Of a DNA stretch of 64,000 nucleotides, positions 12,681 to 23,792 are shown piece after piece. The notes below the pieces were generated by a model. The model was not told the DNA's origin and searched no databases. It worked only from the letters and a program-made list of their open reading frames with translations. The first letter of the stretch is position 1. Each line of letters begins with the position of its first letter. The translations under genes were made by a program, and so were the position numbers. Source of the stretch: Lama guanicoe (taxonomy: Eukaryota); contig MU054001.1 in the NCBI GenBank assembly GCA_013239625.1, positions 6,001,078-6,065,077 of the forward strand, written 5' to 3'.

Positions 12681-13555
12681 TGTTTGTTTGTTTGTTTTTG
12701 TTTTGTTTGCTCCAAAAAGCTTTATTGTTTCCATTTGGTCCAAAGCTTGGGAGAGGATTCCAGGACAGTTAAAAATCTGCCTAGTGACTGCAGGGAGAGG
12801 CTTCAGGCAAAAGTCCTAACACCAGGGGGGCTCCACAAAGGCCGCTGGGTTGCAGAGGCTCCTAGTCGTGCTTGAGGGTGGGCCTTTCCGAGAGGTACTC
12901 GCCCAGCCCAGCCTGGGGACCATCCAGCCTGCGGAGGTGAGTCAGATGATCGCCCATCTTTCTGTGAGTTTCACCTCCTCATCCAGGGAGTGGTTCTGCA
13001 GGAAGTCACAGAGATGTGAGTCTGCGTGGGCAGAGCCCAGGGTATGCAGATCCAAAAGGGCCTGGTTTAGGTTCTTCTCCATGACAGTGGCAGCTTCCAT
13101 AGTGTCCTGCTTTTTACCCGACTCATCTCGAGATGGCACCTTCATGTCCTGGAAGAGAGCACAGCCGCTGCACTGGTTTCACATTTTCAAGAGACGCTAA
13201 GTGTCCTTACGCTTCTCCAAGCATTCCAGAGCCACATTGTCGCGGTGGAAATGGAAGCCCAGAGATACGTAGGTGTCAGAATCCTGCAGATGCATGTTAA
13301 CATGTGGTTGACAGCGGTGGAATAATTCTGACAAATCTGGGAGCTCACGGCAGATGAGTAATGAGGAGTTAAGCTCAAAAAATCGTATTGGCTGGTCCCA
13401 GAGGCCGAGGATAGCAGAGTGGCTCGTTCTGAAGGTTGCGATTAGAAAAAAGTTGAGGGTGGTCAGAGGCTGGAGCAAGGGGCGTCCCTGGGTCCGTTCC
13501 AGCCAAACAGTGTTGAAGCAACAGACAAATCGACGGGATCGCCGAACACACTGCC
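12681..13555 (-). pseudogene. FTL: Ferritin light chain processed pseudogene (full-length mRNA copy)
   Basis: Intronless; translates to SSQICQNYST..., [45 protein letters not shown], ...LKHD*; CDS equivalent 13348-12862 with start ATG>GTG, deletions, frameshifts and premature TAG; 5' UTR IRE; AATAAA at 12721-12726; decayed poly-A; TSD AATTGATTAGTTTT (12667-12680) / AATTTCTTAGTTTT (13556-13569). Confidence 0.96.
13493..13525 (-). promoter_or_regulatory. Mutated iron-responsive element (IRE) in the FTL pseudogene 5' UTR
   Basis: Minus strand TCTGTTGCTTCAACACTGTTTGGCTGGAACGGA versus the canonical FTL IRE core TTGCTTCAACAGTGTTTGGACGGAAC; loop is CACTGT instead of CAGTGT. Confidence 0.9.
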
Positions 13556-14895
13556 AATTTCTTAGTTTTGATTACTGTACTGTGGTTATGTAAGACATTA
13601 ATATTAGCTGAGCTGGATGAAAGGTATATGAAAACTTTGTGCTATCTTCGAACTCTTCTCTATATCTAAAATTATTTAAAATTAAAAAAAATTAAATGCA
13701 TGACTGTGTATATACACATGGTTATACATATGTGTATATATACATACATCATTTATACCACAAGTTATAATAGAAATCAAGTTAGCACATCCTCAGTGCT
13801 TTCCTTTCTACCCACACTTCAGCACAGGAGCAGAGGAATGACACACACCTTCCTCACTCTCTATATTCTCAGGTTTGGCCTCTCTGGGCCTCAGTGGATT
13901 CATCTATAAAGTGGGAGGTTAGGTTGTGGATCTGTAAGTCCTTCTCAGATTGAGATATCAAACTCTGAGGATGCCATCCTCATTTGCTGGATGATAATAG
14001 TATCTCAAGCCACTGAGGCCAACTTAACACTTGTTCTGCTTCCTGCATGGTAGGATTGCAGAGTAGGAGGCAGTCCTAACTACTATAAAAACAGCTAAGT
14101 CTTTGCTGTGTGCTGGGCACTATTCTGAGCCCTGACTAAACCCTCAGCACAACTATCGGTATCAGCATCCCCCCTTTACAGATGAGAAAGCTGAGGCCCT
14201 GAGATGTGAAGGGTGCTGCTCGGGGGTATGCTGCTCAGAAGGGGCACAGCACTTGAGCTCTGTGTGATCCTACAAGTGGTCCCATGCTGGAAGGAGCAGG
14301 ATGGAGGCCCTGGAGACGTTGATGAAGCCCGGATGAAGGCAGGGACAGAGCCTGCCTCCTCTCCCCAGATGGGAACAGTGCTGCTGGCTGGTGCCTGCCC
14401 CTCTGTACCCAGGCCCCCCACAGGCCACGTTCTCAGCCCCAGGCCTGGGTCCTGGCACAGGGACACTTGGGAGAGGGAACACTTTAGTGACTTGCTGACT
14501 CCAGAAGCGATTTCCTTTCAGCTGCCTCCCTGGGAACAAGGGGACTATCTCTCTCTCTACCTCCTCTCTAACTCCTCCCAGCCCAGCTCTTTATGGATGG
14601 TGTGGGCTCACGGGTGCCTGCATTTCACTTATCTTGTTTCCTCTATTGGTTTTACAAAATTTACCAAGTGACAAATACTCATCATAAAAATATTCAAAGA
14701 GCACAGACATATAATGGAAGCAGTGAAGCACCCCCTTCCTCCTTTCCTCAGGCCTCCGTGGCCTTCCCCTAATCCCACTCCCTGGGGGCAGTTGCTGTGA
14801 GCAGCATTTTCTGAAGATGTGGCACTAAATTTTGTTTACGCTAAAAATAGGCCCCATGAGAACCAGGACTGTGTCTTTCTTGCTCCTTGTTGTTC

Positions 14896-15228
14896 TGTGG
14901 ACCTAAAGCCGACTGTCTGATACTTCTCCAGCGAAGATGGGTTTATTCGGGATCAGCAAAGCATTGCAATTCGGGGTCTGCAACCATGGTGAGCCATGCA
15001 CAGGTCCCCGAGTGGCAAGGGAATGTGCACACTTTTACAGAGGGGAAAGGAAGCTGGGAGGGCTAAACAAAGAGTCCATGGCTTTTCATTGGTGGAGTCC
15101 TTTCCAGGAAAGAAAAAGAGTCTTCCTTCTTCCTACTGGACTCTGCTATGGCTGCAAGGCATCAGAGCTCTCCTCTTTGGTCTCTCAACTCTATTTAAAT
15201 GGAGTTTCTGTCTATTAATTTTTTTTCA
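14896..15228 (-). mobile_element. Solo LTR, ERV1-like, 333 bp, inserted in an L2 3' fragment
   Basis: TG...CA termini, perfect 4-bp TSD GTTC (14892-14895, 15229-15232), AATAAA on - strand at 14942-14947; flanks rejoin into an L2 3' end (...ATATTTGTTGAATG...TGAATAAATGA). Confidence 0.85.
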
Positions 15229-16869
15229 GTTCCCAGAAGAGGGCCTGGGTAGGTGGCCAGTCATATTTGTTGAATGCTAGATGAATAAATGATTGGTTTC
15301 ATAACTTTTCCCCCTAAGAAACAGAGCTATTGACCTACTTCATTCTTCTTTAGGGATCACTGGGCAGTCCATGATCCATAAGCACCTTAATGTATTTAAC
15401 CATCTCCTTATTAATAAACACTTGCATATTTTTGTAGTTTTCCTCTTACAAACATGATGCAGTGAGCCCTCTTTGACAGGTATCTTATTAGGCATGAGTT
15501 ACTACTTCATAAGGGAGATTCTCTGGTGTGGAAGTGCTGCATCAAAGGGTATGTTTAAAATCTGCCCTAGAGATATGAAAGGGTCTGTGGGAGCTGGACA
15601 GAGGGTGTGGGGCTGTTGCTGGGGGAGAGTAGCCACAGGTTCTATGAGGCCACGAGTGCTTTCTGATGGGGTTAAATTGGCATCTCCTGCTCAGGCTTGT
15701 GTTGGGCTTATAAGGAGAGCAATTTCCTTTTTTAGGGTCTTGGCCAATGAAACTCACTCTGGCGACCTGCAGGTGGCTTGAGGTGGCAGACAAGGGTGTC
15801 TCTACCCGGGCATTTAGGACTCTTTATTGGAACTCTTACTATAAGTGCTTGGTTTTCAAAATACCTTTACTGGATCGGCTTCTCTGGACCTTCCAATTCC
15901 CATGATGCAGTCTGGAAAGCTAACTCTACCCTCATTTCACAGAAGAGGTAAATGACAGCCTGAGTCACACGCTCCCCAGCAGGAGAAAAGGCAACTGTGT
16001 TTACCGACTACTGGGAGGACAATCGGAAATTATTGTTTTCCTGGGGTGACTTTTTAAGGGGGAAGATGTCCTTAAGTATTTAGTAGGTGCCTTGTCTTGG
16101 GAGGAAAAGAGAGTGAAACCAATCTGGTGTCAAATCTGTAATGAGGTCTGTTGGCCCCCAAATGAGAATCTCCAAATAGCTCCTCTGAAGAGAGCACACA
16201 GATGGAGAAGAGATTTCAGAAAACAGAAACCAGGTTGCAGAGATACCAGTAAGAAATGAATGTCCTCTGAGTCTTTTCAGCTTGGGTCTTAGGGCAGTTA
16301 AAGTATTGCCTCATGTAAAGTGATGGCTGATGATTTTTAAAGTATTTAATTTTGTCAGGGTTGGTTCACAGTTCAGTTAACTGCCCTCATCAGAGGGTTT
16401 GATAACAAGGTCAACATCAATGGCAACAAAACGGCCTGAAATGGACACCATTTTTGACTGAAGTCCCTGGGGAGCCCCTCCCACTCCTTTCATTCAAGAG
16501 GAACTCCTCAGAGTTGACCAGGGCTTTTACAGGAGTGATCAGCAAAGATCACCCCTCGCTGAGCTGGTAGCTGCTTAGTATGGAGCTGCTGACAGCCTTC
16601 TAGCCACTGTACAGGGACAGGCTCCTTGAGGATGAAGTCAGTGTGCTAAGAAACTGGCTGAGAGATGAAGGAACATAGCCCCTGGATCCAGCTGTTCCTG
16701 AAGCAAATCAGTCTTGGACTTTCCAACTAACAGAGTGAATAAATCTCCTTTTTGTTTTATCTAGTTTGGTCTCCATCACTGAAGGACTCATTAAGATTTA
16801 TCTTAGGACACAAACTGTTAAGCACAAGTATTATAATAATTACTAATTATTATTTTACCAATAATTTTT

Positions 16870-17190
16870 AAGTGAGGGTGTAATTTATACACAGTAAAAT
16901 TCAAGTCCTAAGTTCCTGGGTCATTGAGTGTTGACAAATGCGTGCACACCCCTATTAAGACCTAGAACAATTTCATCACTCCTGGAAGATCCCTTGCGTC
17001 TGTTCCTGGTCCATCTGTCTTCATCTCCCACCTTAGGGACAACAGCTATTTGAAGTCTTTCACTGTAGATTCGTCCTACCCGTTTTAGACCTTCCTCTCA
17101 ATGAAATCAGCAGTATGTGCTCGTTCGTGTCTGGCTTCTCACTCAACGTGAAGCTTTCAGATTCATCTACAATCTTGCAAATAACACCCA
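16870..17190 (-). mobile_element. Old L1M 3' end fragment
   Basis: GTGTAATTTATACACAGTAAAATTCA...AGAACAATTTCATCACTCCTGGAAGATCCCTT...CTGGCTTCTCACTCAAC antisense L1M 3' motifs. Confidence 0.7.
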
Positions 17191-17569
17191 AAGTATTTGC
17201 ACCCTCCTGCTATGCCAAGCTCTGTGTTCAGCGCTTTCTGTTCTTTATCATAATATCTTTGCATAATCTTACAGGGTGTGTTTATCATCCCCATTTTGCA
17301 GCTGAGGAAACTGAGGCTTAGGTTCAGTTATGTGCTCAGATCTTAATGCGGGTCAGCAGATCAGTCACAATTTGATCTCTGGTGCCTGGCTGCAGAGCGG
17401 GAGGCGCAGAGATCCTGGCGCTGTGTCTCCTGCCCAAGGCCGGTCACATGCCGCTGGAAACAGGTCATTAACCATCTCGCCCACATCCCTCTTTGGCCTC
17501 CCAGCTGCTCCTTCCCATTCTGTGCTTGCTCTCCTTGGCCTTGGGCTGAGACCTCATCTTCTGTTCCAC

Positions 17570-18070
17570 TCGCGGGGGAGGGGTCACCTTCACCCACGCC
17601 GATGTGAGTGAGCTGCGGGGAGGGAGGGAGAGCCCAGGGTGCGGAGGCCTCTGCTGTCCCGGTGAATTACTGCGCCGTCTGCGTCCTCTGAGTGATGAGT
17701 GTGCGCGAAGCCTGACCCATAAATACGGTTACATTTCTAGGCCTGTCCACGGAAAGATTATCTACGGCTATAAAAAGGGGAAGGTGAAGTTGGAAAGAAA
17801 CAACTGCCACCCAGATAACCCAAATTAAATAAAAGCCTTCCCATCTAAGGTGACACCCGATTCAGTATGGAATTTTTTGGAAGTGTGCGGAGCTGTTAGT
17901 CATGACTCACAGATACGCCCCAGAGCTGTGAGGGCTGCTTCCGGGGCCGCGCGCACCAGCCGAGCATCCCTCTGCGCCGCCAAGGGTTTGCTGGGAGGCC
18001 GGGTGTTACTCAGCCCGCACGACTGCGACAAAACCGCGGCTCCTGGTCCTGCCCGCTTCCTGCCACCCTC
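17570..18070. promoter_or_regulatory. CpG-enriched segment with TATA-like box and AP-1 sites (candidate promoter or enhancer)
   Basis: About 30 CpGs in 500 bp by hand count in a CpG-poor window; TATAAAAAG at 17769-17777; TTAGTCATGACTCA at 17896-17909. Confidence 0.5.
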
Positions 18071-20699
18071 TCCAGACCCTTCAGCCTAGACTCCTTGAGA
18101 TCAGGGGCCTGAAAGGATCATTCGGGTTCTCTGGGAAGGGGGTGGGTTAGAGAAGAGAGCAGGCAGCTGTGGGCAGGTTGCCCACCTGGCTCTGAGGGCA
18201 CGTGGATTGGCTATCCTGTGGGGCGAGGGCAGAGGCAAGGAACTGGCATGCAGCTTCCGGTCTGAACATAATGATTTGCAGGACCAACTGGGCTATTTCT
18301 GCAGGTTCACCGGCAATTTCGGTTGCTCAGTAAACACAGCCTGTGAGTCAGGAGTCGGTGAACCACGGGCTCAGACCCGTATTAAGATCATGCTTGGACA
18401 GTAGCTGGCAGTCGGGAAACCAACTGTATCACTTTTGATTAGCGCACCACAAAGCTTCCAAGTTTGCCGGGGCCACTGCATTCTCTTCCAGAATTCATGT
18501 TGCAACTGATTGTGGTCTAAAAACAAATAAGCCCTGGGCTTTTGCAAAGAGAGAAAAATATTCTGTATTTGAGGATATCCCCCACCCCAACACACACACC
18601 CAGCCTTGGATCCGCCTTCCAATCCATATGAAGGTCTCCCCACCTTGCTCCCTGCCCTCTGCCCTCCCCTTTTCTTGCTTCACTAGGGCTCATCCTCCTC
18701 TTTCTGAGCCTGGCTTCATTTCCACAGCCGCTTTATCCAGGCTTGAACTCCCAAGTGCCGACACCGGTGCACACGCTTCCTTCTACATTCTTTAAAAGCA
18801 GCAACAACCATGATAGTAGCGACAATAATAATGATGATACTTACCATTTAGCAGCCACTTGCTACACCATGTTAAGCACTGTGTTAAGTACCTTATAAGC
18901 ACGATTTCACGTAATTCCAAAGCAGTTCTTGGGGGCTGGTGCTACAAACATTACTCCCAACTTGCTAGTAAGGAAATGAGGATTTGAGAAGCACACTCAC
19001 TTGGCTGAATTCTCCACGGCAGTGACTGGTAATCTTGAGCTTGGACCGAGGGTATCTGGCTCCAGAACCCAGGTTCTTAACATCTGTGCGTTACTGTTTT
19101 AAAGAGTAACATGTGATCTTCAACAGCATTCTTCAAATCTTGGCTTGTGACCCAGAAAGTCATTTTAGTGAGTCATGCACTTTTAAAAACTAAGCTCCAG
19201 TTGGGAACCTCAAAGTGCATCATCTATATTAAGGACAAGTATGATTTCTTGACACTTTATTTCAATTCCACACAAACATGTATGCACATACCTGTTTACA
19301 GTGTAAGTTGTACTTAAGTTTGGTCACAACTGAAAACAGTCTGGGCTATGAGGTCCCTCTGGGAACATGCTGGTTGGGTTTTGTCCTCTCTTTTTCCTAT
19401 TTTTCCTAATTATAATCATTTTTAATGGTAGTGATTTCTCCTGACTCTGATGGATGCGAAATTGCTTAGCAAATTCTAAAATGTGACACATCAGCAACAT
19501 TCAGGCTAATTTTTACTCTTGCTGAGTGGTTTTGTTCACGTATCCAGGGGCAGGTGGAGGGGGAGGGGTCATGGGACTGTCATCACAGGCTCTGAGGGAG
19601 TTTCTCATCTCACTGCCTGTGGCTGCTGCCGCCTGTCAGCCCTCAGGGCACAATTTCCTCCAATGAGAAGCCCCATGCCCAGAGGTTAGTTCTTAGGTGA
19701 CAGGGATAGAAAAGCTCCTGGTCCTTTGGGAAATGTTTCCAGGAGGATTTGGCCCTGTCAGCCTTTTCCCAGACGTCCAAGGGCTAGCCAGGGCTGGAGC
19801 AAATGTGCCCATCCCAGCAGCTGGCTCTCAGCTCCCCGGGAAGACTGGGGCAGAGTCCGCTGGCTCACCACCCGTCCAAGCTCCCCTTCCACTGCCCCTC
19901 AGGCCAGGCCTTTGCTCAGCTGTCCTTTCACAGGTCAGAGAAGAGCTTTGGGACTTGATTCCCCACAGCAATCTCCACCATCAGTGCAAAAGTCACAACA
20001 GTCCTATGGGTTTACGTGGGGTCTTGCTTCTCACAAGCTCAAAGCAATTTCTTGAATGTTGGGCTCATTTCTTCCAAGGTCTTTGTGGAAGGTGTGGTTT
20101 CCCTGCTAGCTTTTGACACCTGGGTAACATGAAAGGACGATGATTTGGAAGTTCTGGCCTTGATAACCAGTTGGAGGGTGTGGGCTGGGGTTGGATTTGG
20201 CTCAGTTTAGTTTCCCAAAACTTCCCATCTCTGATTTCTGATTCTGATTTCTCAACCGTGTTCCATTATCACCTTCCTAAAAGTCCCTTTTAGACATTTT
20301 TCCCTCTTTACCTTCAACCCACCTGTGAAATGTCAGTACCACAGATACACACACTGCATGTCTGCTTATGTACTGTATGTAATTCTGCTTATACATAAAA
20401 AGAGTAAGGTTTTTTCACCCCCACTCACCCAGAAGCCAATTTTAACCCTCTTGGGTATGCTTCTGCTCCATAGAGAATGCAGGCTCTAGAGAGATGGAGA
20501 GGACAGGCCTGGCCTCACAAGGCCTGGGCTCAGGGTCTGTGCACTAGTGCAGGGTAGCAACATCACCCTCTCTGGGGTTACTGTAAGGACTAAAGGCCAT
20601 TCTGCAAGTAAAGCACTTAGCACATGCTTCGCACCAGTGAAACCCTCATAGGTACGGCATCATTACTAGTGATGATCATAAGAGTGAATGTGTCCTGGG

Positions 20700-20910
20700 G
20701 AATTATTGTCTGATGGCATTTAGAGCTCTTCATAAACTTGGTGACCTAGCTCTCATGGCAACCCTGTGAGGCAGGGACTGCCATTATCATCTTACAGAGA
20801 AGAAAATTGAGGTGCAGAGATGTTTATTTATCCAAGGTCACATAGCTGGTAAGTGACAGAACCAGTATTTGATTCCAGAGCATCTGGCCCCTGAGCCTAC
20901 TCTTAACTGT
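20700..20910 (-). mobile_element. MIR SINE
   Basis: CAACCCTGTGAGGCAGG...CATCTTACAGAGAAGAAAATTGAGG...CCAAGGTCACATAGCTGGTAAGTG. Confidence 0.75.
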
Positions 20911-21230
20911 GAGACTATGTACATTAGTCATGTAAGTACAATGCTAGTGGAAACGTTAGGATGAATACTTTAACTTCTTCAACAATGGCAAGTGGCCTCA
21001 CCGGTTGGTTTCAAATGGTTCTGGTCCCTATGGTCCTCTCAGGACTTGAAATGAACTTTCCTGATTCTTTCTTTGCAAGCAGAGCTGCCTAAATTGCTGA
21101 TAAGGATCAGTTATTTGAGTTCCCACTTGGCAGCCAACTCAGGGGAACCACTCAGGCATCCCCTCTGACCACTCTTCCCTCTTTGGAATGAAGATAGCGC
21201 CGAGTGTGGGCCGCCTCTGTGGAGATGTGT

Positions 21231-21308
21231 GTTGCTATGGCAGCAGCTCCTGCCTCCTTCCTACCCTCTCAGAGGTGCTCTGACACAGGCAGCAGTTTCC
21301 ATGGTAAC
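21231..21308. promoter_or_regulatory. Paired RFX X-box motifs
   Basis: GTTGCTATGGCAGC (21231-21244) and GTTTCCATGGTAAC (21295-21308) versus consensus GTTNCCATGGNAAC. Confidence 0.5.
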
Positions 21309-22039
21309 AAGCTGAGTGGAGGGTCCATGAAGAAAGGACTGTGTGTTCTGACATGAGGGGATGGAAAATGAATCCTGGGCATTTGGAAGGCTACCCTGCC
21401 ACATGGCCAAGGCAAATGGCATCATCACTGCAGGCATGGCCCCAGCAAGTGGAGTATTAGAGACATCAGAGTTTCTTAGCTTATTCTCCCCTACAAGTTC
21501 AACCTTTTGTCTTTTGTCTTTTTTTTTTGTAAGGACAATTTAAGACTTCAGAAAATAAAATGAAGAGGAGGCAACTTTAGTTAGAGTGTATAATTCAGGG
21601 GTGTATAATTCAATTACTATGCATGCAATAGATTCAGAAATAAACTTTTAAACATGGTTCCAAGCCCCTGGGAGAAGTTTCAGAGGATGAAAGGACCGAT
21701 GCTCTGTCCTATTTGAAGCTGTTCAATGTCCAGTTGAAAAAACCCCTTCCTGCAGACTGCCAGCCCACAGCTGTTATGACCCTTCAGAGCCCATGATTTT
21801 TCTGCTGCCAGGAAGGCTGGGCTGCTCTGCTCTCCTCCCCAGGGCCATGGCTGTCTGCACCCTGGGATCTGGTCCCACACATCGATACTCTGCCCTTTGC
21901 AGGCTTTCAAGGTAACAGGAGGTGTGGGAGGAAAGTCCAGTATTGTAAGCAGAGGCTCAGCAAGGAGAGACCACGTGACAGTGGCAAAGGATTTGCATCT
22001 CTTGCTGCATCAGCCTATGGGATAAGGGAGGGGACGAGC

Positions 22040-22240
22040 TGGCTACTGCTGACTGAGAGCTTACTACGTGCTAGGCTTCATTCTAAACAATTGACACCTA
22101 TTGATGCATTTAATTTTGCCAGCAACCTGATGAGATAAATACTATTATCCCCATTTTACAGATGAGGAAGTAAGCACTGAGAGCTTGAGAAGATTACTCA
22201 GGGTCTCACACATAGTAAATAGCAGAGCTGGCATTCAGAT
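22040..22240 (-). mobile_element. MIR SINE
   Basis: GAGCTTACTACGTGCTAGGC...TATTATCCCCATTTTACAGATGAGGAAG. Confidence 0.8.
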
Positions 22241-23440
22241 CACACATCAGGATGCTAGATTTGAGCTGTAGCTTTCTGAAGAAGCTAAATGAGTGTAATC
22301 AGAGAAGGTTGGGCAGAAAGTGAGCTTGCTGCCAGAAGAGGTTTGTTAGTGTGATTGTCCAGTTTGGGTCCGATGTCAACGCCCAAACTGATTATTGAAT
22401 CATAATGTTTTATTCACATTGGCCAAACCTGGCTCATGTGCCCAAATTTGGCACCATGTAATGGGGGGAAGAAGCTAAGCATTGGTAAGGAAAGTCCCCA
22501 AATGAAACTCAGGGGCCATGAGCAGAAGAGGGGGTGGGTGCTGGAGAGGAAAAACAGCCGCTGTTCTTAACCCTCCCCTCTGGGATATGCAGAGAAACAG
22601 CGACCAGCCACTCACAGCCAAATCCTGCACCACTTCGAGAGCCCAGCTATATAAGGCATGGATGTGACTCAGTTTCTCTTCTCCCCCGGGGGAAGCAGCC
22701 AGCCAGTGGCAGCTGTGCCAAGCTGGTCGCAGCCAGGTCCCCGTCTGCACCACTGGGTGGGACACATGGCTGTTTTGATACCTGCTTTCCTCCTGACCCG
22801 CCCTTGCACTGCCTCATTCCCTCCGCTTTCTGTGTCTCTTGTCCACTTCTCCTCACAGTCGCCTTACTCAGGCTCTTTCATCAGAAGTGCTTCAAATCTT
22901 TCATCGTCCCGGTCTGCCCACCCTTCTCCCGGCATTTTCCCACCGTCTTTCTGTGCTCTCCTTACGGCCCCAGCCCAGGTACATAAGAGCCCAGAGGCTT
23001 TTCTGGGCAGGTCTTTGAGAATTTTGAAGCATGTGATTCAGGGAACTGAGAGTCAGGGAGGCGAAGCATATCTCATTCAGTTTTTTTGTCGCAGAGGGAT
23101 GGCAGCTTCAGAGAGGTCTCTGATGCCAGACCTCTTTCCTCTCACACCTCTGACTCTGAGCCTAGAGGAAGAGCTCAGTGATTCCCTCTATAGGTATTTA
23201 CTTCGTCCCTCGTGGACCCACCTTCCTCTGAATTTCCATGTAATCTCATGGGTACTTTGGCTCCTAGGACCTATCTCCCTCTGTGGCTCCTAGAGTCCTA
23301 AGGAAATAGAAATTCAGGCACATTTGTTTGGCTGCAGAATTTTAAGAGATTTCATTGCCTCTGGTATTCTACATTTCAGGGGAATTAGAGAGCGTTCAGT
23401 TAGAAAGACGGCTCTGAAAAGCCACATGACAGGCAGGGAC

Positions 23441-23792
23441 TATGATGGACTCATGTCCCCCATTCAAATTCTCATGTTGAAGCCCTGACCCTCAATGGGA
23501 TGGTATTTGGAGGCTGCGCCTTTAAGAGGTCATTAGGTTTAGATGAGTGCGTGAGGGTGGTGCTGTCACCATGTGATTATCTCCTCTTACAAGAAGACTA
23601 GGAGACAGAGCTCCTTCTCTCTCCATGAGCACTTACCGAGGAAAGGCCATGTGAGCACACAGACAGAATGCGGCCATCTACAAACCAGGACCTTGAACTT
23701 CCCGGCCTCCAGGACTGGAAGAAATAAGTTTCTGGTGTTTACACCTCCCAGTGTGTGGTAGTCTGTGACAGCAGCCTGTGCAGGCTGAGACA
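23441..23792 (+). mobile_element. MaLR solo LTR (MLT1A/B-like)
   Basis: ATGTTGAAGCCCTGACCCTCAATGGGATGGTATTTGGAGG...GAACTTCCCGGCCTCCAGGACTG...GCTGAGACA; 5-bp TSD GGGAC (23436-23440) / GGGAT (23793-23797). Confidence 0.85.

Larger units (their letters stand above)
10570..13695 (+). mobile_element. Old L1MC-like 3' region that hosts later insertions
   Basis: L1MC-type 3' UTR motifs (CATGAGTCCATACTGATGTAAATAAATG; TTTAACCAAGTGATGAAAGTTAGCATCACCAG; TTTTGATTACTGTACTGTGGTTATGTAAGA) resume on both sides of each insertion; A-rich end near 13690. Confidence 0.7.

Noticed and set aside
12862..13348. Functional FTL retrogene
   Set aside because: Start codon lost, deletions, frameshifts and a premature stop; only a 67-aa internal ORF remains.
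13501..13520. CAGTGT on the + strand (13508-13513) as an antisense IRE
   Set aside because: The flanks CCAAA/TGAAG do not form the 5-bp upper stem and the bulged C is absent; it is a by-product of the loop mutation.
22658..23293. Longest ORF in the window (211 aa) and other ORFs over 130 aa (8116, 9990, 14213, 19697, 44868, 47326, 49446)
   Set aside because: No recognisable domain, composition typical of random GC-moderate DNA, several overlap repeats, and no coherent exon chain.
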